This document shows, one piece after another, positions 47,277 through 52,446 of a stretch of DNA of 52,446 bases. The stretch is taken from the IMG/VR virus record IMGVR_UViG_3300020463_000029, positions 1 through 52,446 of that record, one strand, 5' to 3'. The notes under the pieces are model-generated. The model was not told the origin of the DNA. It worked only from the letters and a program-made list of their open reading frames with translations, and searched no databases. This DNA comes from a virus. Taxonomy: Duplodnaviria > Caudoviricetes. Made by a program: the position numbers and the translations under genes. Within the stretch, counting starts at the first letter, position 1. Each line of letters starts with the position of its first letter.

Positions 47277-48035
47277 ATGAGCAATTTAACCACAGAAAAA
47301 CAAGAGGTATTTGACTACGTATTCAATTCGCTAGGTGGCGGAATGGTAGATGTAGAACTGGATCCTTCACACTACGAAACAGCATTACAGGATTCATTAG
47401 ACAGATTTAGACAGAGAGCAGACAATTCAGTAGAAGAAAGTTACATATTTTTGCCCCTTGAAAATGATGTCAACGATTACACCCTTGCTAATGAAATAAT
47501 AGAAGTACGTCAAATATTCAGAAGATCAATTGGGTCAAGATCAGGTGGTGGAGATGGTGGTACAATCTTTGAACCATTCAATTTAGCATACACAAACACA
47601 TATCTTTTAGCAAGTTCTAATATGGGTGGTGTTGCAACTTACAATATGTTTTCACAATACCAAGAACTAATAGGACGTATGTTTGGTTCATTTATTGAAT
47701 TCAAATGGAACACAACAACAAAAAAATTGACTATTTTACAAAGACCAAGAGCAAACGAAAAAGTGTTAATGATGGTGTATATGCACAGACCAGATACAGA
47801 ATTATTCAAAGATTATTTGGCAAAAAAATGGATTAAAGATTACACTTTGGCAAAATGTAAGTTTATGCTTGGTGAAGCCAGAAGTAAATTCAACACAATA
47901 GCAGGACCACAAGGTGGCACTTCATTAAATGGTGACACTTTAAAACAAGAAGCACAGGCAGAAATGGATAGACTTGAATTAGAAGTCAAAACTCAAACTG
48001 CAGGTGGTCAAGGTTATTCATTCTTAATTGGTTAA
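47277..48035 (+). CDS. Neck protein (T4 gp13-like)
   Basis: DY....LG...VDVEL...WIKDYTLAKCK..LGEARSKF..I.GP.GG..LNG..LK.EA..E...LE is a gp13-type pattern. Confidence 0.85.
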   Translation: MSNLTTEKQEVFDYVFNSLGGGMVDVELDPSHYETALQDSLDRFRQRADNSVEESYIFLPLENDVNDYTLANEIIEVRQIFRRSIGSRSGGGDGGTIFEPFNLAYTNTYLLASSNMGGVATYNMFSQYQELIGRMFGSFIEFKWNTTTKKLTILQRPRANEKVLMMVYMHRPDTELFKDYLAKKWIKDYTLAKCKFMLGEARSKFNTIAGPQGGTSLNGDTLKQEAQAEMDRLELEVKTQTAGGQGYSFLIG

Positions 48036-48042
48036 TTCCATA

Positions 48043-48071
48043 TTGACATATTAGTATTTTTGTTGTATTAT
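48043..48071 (+). promoter_or_regulatory. Sigma70-type (early/host-like) promoter
   Basis: TTGACA (48043-48048), a 17-nt spacer, then TATTAT (48066-48071). Confidence 0.75.
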
Positions 48072-48079
48072 CGTATGAT

Positions 48080-48721
48080 ATGCAACATCAAATGATTCCA
48101 TTATTCTCCGTGCCTTTATACAAAGCATCAATAGGTGAATTGGATGTATTGCAGAAAACATGGATAAGAGAATTAGATTTCCCACCACAAAGTGTTGGTA
48201 CAGATCATTCAGATGACCACTTGCCACCAGAAAATAGAGGTATGCATTTATTGGATACTCCACAATTAAAATCGCTGAAAGCAAATATACAAAAAAGTTT
48301 AAAACATTTTACAAAAGATGTGCTAGGCATAAAAGAAGAGTTTAGAATCACAACAAGTTGGATTAATAGGAACAACAAAGGCGAACAAATATACAAGCAT
48401 TCACATCCTAACAGTGTAATAAGTGGTGTGTACTACATAGAAACAACACCAGATTGTGCCCCTATAATATTTGAGAAACCTTATTTGTACACAAATATTG
48501 CACATCAAAATGTTCAACTTACGTATGAAGAAAACAACAAAAACGAATACAACACAGACTACTATGGTGTTATGCCTAAACCAGGAGACGTATTGATGTT
48601 TCCGTCCTGGTTAGAACACACAGTATATCCTCAACCTGCTGACGTGGCACGAATTAGTTTGGCTTTTAATAGTTTTCCTGTGGGCAAAATTGGATCAGGA
48701 ACAAAACAGTTAGAAATATGA
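48080..48721 (+). CDS. 2OG-Fe(II) oxygenase-like protein (TIGR02466 type)
   Basis: LFSVPLY, SWIN, HSHPNSVISGVYY, FPSWLEHTV and RISLAFN. Confidence 0.85.
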   Translation: MQHQMIPLFSVPLYKASIGELDVLQKTWIRELDFPPQSVGTDHSDDHLPPENRGMHLLDTPQLKSLKANIQKSLKHFTKDVLGIKEEFRITTSWINRNNKGEQIYKHSHPNSVISGVYYIETTPDCAPIIFEKPYLYTNIAHQNVQLTYEENNKNEYNTDYYGVMPKPGDVLMFPSWLEHTVYPQPADVARISLAFNSFPVGKIGSGTKQLEI

Positions 48722-49344
48722 TTATAGGAATATGTGGCTTGATAGGAGCAGGCAAAGACACAATAGCAGATCATTTAGTTAATGATCATTCATTTGTAAA
48801 ATTGTCTTTTGCAGACAAACTTAAAGACAGTGTTGCCACAATGTTTGATTGGAATAGAGACCTACTAGATGGCAAAACAGAACAAAGTAGAAAATGGCGT
48901 GAACAAATGGATCCTTTCTGGAGCATGGAATTAAAACATGAAGTGACTCCAAGACTTGTATTGCAAAAGTTTGGTACAGAGTGTATGAGAGATGGATTCT
49001 ATGATGGCATCTGGGTCAGTTTAGTTAAAAAGAAACTTAAAGACAATCCACAGATTAATTGGGTAATACCTGATGTAAGATTTGAAAATGAAGCAAATAT
49101 GATACAAGAACTAGGTGGTGAAGTTTGGTGGGTAAAACGTGGACAACTGCCTATGTGGTTTAGAATGTATCAAGACATTGGGCAGAAACCTAAAGATGTA
49201 CACGCATCTGAATGGGCATGGGCAAATACAAATTTTGATGCTGAATTTGAAAATAACGCAACAATTAATAGTCTTAAAAATCAGGTACAAGATCACCTTG
49301 TTTCCAACGGATTCCTTCAAGGTGCAAAGATCTTTGGCAATTAG
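48718..49344 (+). CDS. Deoxynucleoside monophosphate kinase (T4 gp1-like)
   Basis: P-loop GLIGAGKDT, SFADKLKD, TPRLVLQKFGTE, DVRFENE and HASE; ATGA coupling to the upstream gene. Confidence 0.9.
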   Translation: MIIGICGLIGAGKDTIADHLVNDHSFVKLSFADKLKDSVATMFDWNRDLLDGKTEQSRKWREQMDPFWSMELKHEVTPRLVLQKFGTECMRDGFYDGIWVSLVKKKLKDNPQINWVIPDVRFENEANMIQELGGEVWWVKRGQLPMWFRMYQDIGQKPKDVHASEWAWANTNFDAEFENNATINSLKNQVQDHLVSNGFLQGAKIFGN

Positions 49345-49615
49345 CACACACCGTCTTTAAATTACTAAACTTGCAATTATCAAGATTACCATCTATATGA
49401 AATACGTTGAAGTGCGATTTATAGTTGCTTTTGTGACCACATTTATCACATTGCTTGTTAATACGATAGCCAGCCACGTGCCATTTCGGCATATATCCGC
49501 TTGGGCCTCCATACCGCAAACACAACTCACACTTCTTTCTGTAATATGTCTTGCCTGCCTTTTTATAATTTACTGCGGCTGGTCTTTGACTACATTTTGT
49601 ACATAATGGTCTCAT
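49274..49615 (-). CDS. Zinc-binding HNH-like protein
   Basis: Four CxxC pairs; HIDGNLDN....NL..VCANCQ; GTAAATA at 49623-49629 (minus strand) upstream. Confidence 0.7.
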   Translation of the reverse strand: MRPLCTKCSQRPAAVNYKKAGKTYYRKKCELCLRYGGPSGYMPKWHVAGYRINKQCDKCGHKSNYKSHFNVFHIDGNLDNCKFSNLKTVCANCQRSLHLEGIRWKQGDLVPDF

Positions 49616-49687
49616 ATGTACGTATTTACCTGCCCTTTCCTACCCCTTTTTTATACCTGTTAATTTGGTGCATTTCGTCACAACGTC

Positions 49688-49694
49688 ATAAATA
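49688..49694 (+). promoter_or_regulatory. T4-type late promoter (ATAAATA) for the tail sheath gene
   Basis: Intergenic, upstream of the AGGAG RBS and the ATG at 49739. Confidence 0.7.
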
Positions 49695-49738
49695 CAAACA
49701 ATATAAAGTTTAAAATACTTTAAGTAGGAGATAAGCAA

Positions 49739-52446
49739 ATGGCATTAGTTTCACCAGGAGTACAAGTCAGCGTAATTGACGAAAGTTTTTATACACCAGC
49801 AGAACCAGGAACGGTTCCATGTATATTCATAGCAACAGCACAAGACAAAACGTCTAGTTCTGGAACAGGCACAGCAACAGGAACAACAGCGGCAAATGCC
49901 GGTAAAGTTTTCTTGATGACTTCACAAAGAGAATTAGCAGAAACATTTGGTGATCCAGTATTTAAAACTGATGCAAGTAATAATCCAATCCACGGTGGTG
50001 AAACAAACGAGTATGGATTACAAGCGGCTTATTCATTCTTAGGTGTTGCCAACAGAGCATTCGTTGTAAGAGCAAATGTTGACTTAGGTCAACTAGAAGC
50101 AAGTGCAACAGCACCAGCGGCAAATCCAGTTGCAGGTACATATTGGTTCGACACAGTAAATTCAAAATACGGAGTATTTGAATGGAATGGTTCAGCGGCA
50201 ACTACAACAGGTGGTCAATCATTCACAAATCAAGCAGTAACAGTAATTACAGATATCGATCAAATCAGTGCAAGTGTTCCTAAAAATTCAGTTGGACAAG
50301 CAGGTGATTATGCGATCAATGCCACTGACACAAACAACGATTTATTCTACAAAAAATATGATGGTAACTGGGTAGCAGTAGGAACAGCAGACTGGGTTGG
50401 TTCAAATCCAACTATCAAAGGTTCAGCAGGTGGTACCGTAGGTGCAGGTAATTTTACACTTGATGTAGGTGCAGGTCCACAAACAATAACTCCAGGTGCT
50501 CAAACAGTTACAGCGGCGGCGGCGGCAGTTGTTGCGGCAAATGTAGCAGGATTAAGTGCAAGAGACAACGGTGGTATCTTAGAAATATATTACACAGGTG
50601 CGGCAGGCAACACAGTTCAAATAGCAAATGGTACAATAGATGTTAGTGCATCATATGGTATAACAGCGGCTACTTACAATGTACCAGCATTATCAGTTGC
50701 TCCACACACTTCAGTACCAGAATTTAAATCAACAGATTCAACTCCAAGACCAACTGGTTCAGTTTGGTTAAAAACTACAGAGCCTAATTTAGGTGCTAAA
50801 TGGAGTGTTAAAAAATGGAACGACACAACAAAATTATGGGAAACTATAAGTGCTCCATTACACACTAACAACGAATCTGCAATCTACAATTTAGATAGAA
50901 CAGGTGGCGGTGCTGGTTTGGCAGTAGGTGATTTATTCATTAACTACGGCAACGGTTCGACTGAAGTTGACCATGTTATTTTCAGAAGAGAATCAACAGG
51001 TTCAACAAAAGTAACAGGTTCAGCAATAATATTAGGAACTTTAACATCAGGTAGTAAATCATTTACTCTTGCAGAATCAATTGTAGGTCAAGAGACTTTA
51101 AATGCACCAGTAACAATCACTTGTTCATTAAACGGTAATGCCGCTGACGCAGATGTGATTGCAGGTCAAATAAACGGCGCTGGATTTACAAATGTTAAAG
51201 CAAGTGTTGACTCATCAAAAAGAATAGTAATTGAACACACAAAAGGTGGTGAGATGAAGTTTGTTGACACAAACGGCACTTTAGCAGAAGCAGGTTTCTT
51301 ACAAACAACAACTAACATGGGATATGAGCCAGGCACAGGTTCAGGAACAAATCCTAAACAGTACAGAGCAAGTAACTGGAAAGCATTAACTTATACTGCA
51401 AGTGCAACAGCAGTAACTTCATTAACAAATGATGGTCAATTATGGTACTCATCAATTGTAGACGAAGTAGACATAATGTATCACAACGGTACAACATGGA
51501 AAGGTTATTCAGCAGTAACAAATTCAGACCCAGCAGGTCCACAAGTTTCTGCAACTGCTCCAACTACACAGTCAGATGCAACAGCACTTGTTGATGGTGA
51601 CTTATGGATTAGCACAGCAGACTTAGAAAACTATCCAGGAATTTACAAATGGAATGGTTCAACTCTAAAATGGGTATTAGTAGATAAAAGTGACCAAACA
51701 ACTGAAAACGGAATTGTGTTTGCAGATGCAAGATTTGGTACAACAGGTGGAACGGCTTCGGCGGCTCCAGCAGGTACTATTGCAGATTTATTAGCAAGTG
51801 ACTTTTTAGATGCAGATGCTCCAGATCCAGCATTATATCCAAAAGGTATGTTGTTATGGAACACAAGACGTTCAGGTTTCAATGTTAAGAAATTTACAAG
51901 AAATCATGTTGACACAACAGCAACAAACCCTAGACAAGGTGATGCAAGTATGTCAGCATACTATCCACACAGATGGGTAACTGAGTCGGCTAACCAAACA
52001 GATGGTTCAGGTTCATTTGGTAGACACGCACAAAGAAAAGTTATTGTACAAGGTTTACAAGCAGAGATGAATGCTAACCAAGAAGTTAGAGATGATGAAT
52101 CAAGAATATTCAACTTATTAGCAACACCTGGTTATCCAGAACTAATAGGCGAAATGATTTCACTAAACGCAGACAGAGGCTTGTCAGCATTTATAGTTGG
52201 TGACTCACCAATGAGATTAACACCAGATGCAACAAGTTTACAAAACTGGGCAACAAACGTTAACAAGGCTGTTGAAGATAACGACAATGGTTTAGTTACA
52301 ACAAACGAATATCTAGGAGTATTTTATCCATCAGGATTTACTTCAGACAACTTCGGCAACAATGTTGTTGTTCCAGCATCACACATGATGTTAAGAACTA
52401 TTGCATTAAGCGATCAAGTTTCTTTCCCATGGTTTGCACCAGCAGG
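49739..52446 (+). CDS. Contractile tail sheath protein (T4 gp18-like), 3'-truncated, at least 902 codons; absent from the ORF track
   Basis: MALVSPGVQVSVIDES...SQRELAETFGDP...YSFLG.ANRA.VVRA at the start; FNLLATPGYP and VVVPASHM...D.VS.PWFAPAG at the window end; AGGAG RBS. Confidence 0.92.
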   Translation, partial: MALVSPGVQVSVIDESFYTPAEPGTVPCIFIATAQDKTSSSGTGTATGTTAANAGKVFLMTSQRELAETFGDPVFKTDASNNPIHGGETNEYGLQAAYSFLGVANRAFVVRANVDLGQLEASATAPAANPVAGTYWFDTVNSKYGVFEWNGSAATTTGGQSFTNQAVTVITDIDQISASVPKNSVGQAGDYAINATDTNNDLFYKKYDGNWVAVGTADWVGSNPTIKGSAGGTVGAGNFTLDVGAGPQTITPGAQTVTAAAAAVVAANVAGLSARDNGGILEIYYTGAAGNTVQIANGTIDVSASYGITAATYNVPALSVAPHTSVPEFKSTDSTPRPTGSVWLKTTEPNLGAKWSVKKWNDTTKLWETISAPLHTNNESAIYNLDRTGGGAGLAVGDLFINYGNGSTEVDHVIFRRESTGSTKVTGSAIILGTLTSGSKSFTLAESIVGQETLNAPVTITCSLNGNAADADVIAGQINGAGFTNVKASVDSSKRIVIEHTKGGEMKFVDTNGTLAEAGFLQTTTNMGYEPGTGSGTNPKQYRASNWKALTYTASATAVTSLTNDGQLWYSSIVDEVDIMYHNGTTWKGYSAVTNSDPAGPQVSATAPTTQSDATALVDGDLWISTADLENYPGIYKWNGSTLKWVLVDKSDQTTENGIVFADARFGTTGGTASAAPAGTIADLLASDFLDADAPDPALYPKGMLLWNTRRSGFNVKKFTRNHVDTTATNPRQGDASMSAYYPHRWVTESANQTDGSGSFGRHAQRKVIVQGLQAEMNANQEVRDDESRIFNLLATPGYPELIGEMISLNADRGLSAFIVGDSPMRLTPDATSLQNWATNVNKAVEDNDNGLVTTNEYLGVFYPSGFTSDNFGNNVVVPASHMMLRTIALSDQVSFPWFAPA

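Noticed and set aside
110-51882. Dozens of 60-190 aa ORFs antisense to, or frame-shifted within, long genes (e.g. 2172-2573, 33392-33952, 44462-44953, 49962-50201)
   Set aside because: They are shadows of codon-biased real genes, with no RBS, promoter or recognisable motifs.
1-52446. Stop-codon reassignment, as in some large phages
   Set aside because: Genes up to 7 kb are open in the standard code, and TAA, TAG and TGA all end genes at sensible boundaries.

Overview
AT-rich 52 kb segment of a large T4-like myovirus (probably an aquatic jumbo/huge phage), read in the standard code. It contains no rRNA, tRNA, CRISPR array or mobile element that I could identify. Bases 1-40971 (+) are a late-promoter (ATAAATA-type) block of large modular fibre/baseplate-associated virion proteins, up to 2341 aa, many in paralogous pairs. 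Embedded in it is a cassette of three ~30-Cys glycine-rich adhesin-like paralogues, two chaperone-like paralogues and a GT9-like / carbamoyltransferase / GT9-like trio. Bases 40974-47221 (-) form a tightly coupled run: gp14 neck, an unannotated 53-aa basic protein, gp15, NUDIX, hldE, a 2OG-Fe(II) oxygenase, hldD and a cupin. The right end holds gp13, a sigma70-driven 2OG oxygenase plus dNMP kinase, an HNH-like protein and a tail sheath gene (49739 onward, missing from the ORF track, running off the window). Best leads: (1) a putative virion (carbamoyl-)heptosylation system whose two GT9-like enzymes carry Arg at the usual catalytic-Asp position next to Cys-rich candidate substrates, which suggests S-glycosylation; (2) phycobiliprotein-like C-x-R-D-x-G...GG helical modules inside giant virion proteins; (3) a candidate pseudoknotted 5' leader RNA at 5407-5510; (4) a type-1 copper motif and a catalytically dead esterase on fibre proteins; (5) apparent AGCT and GCWGC avoidance. 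All family calls come from motif recognition by eye, not from database searches.
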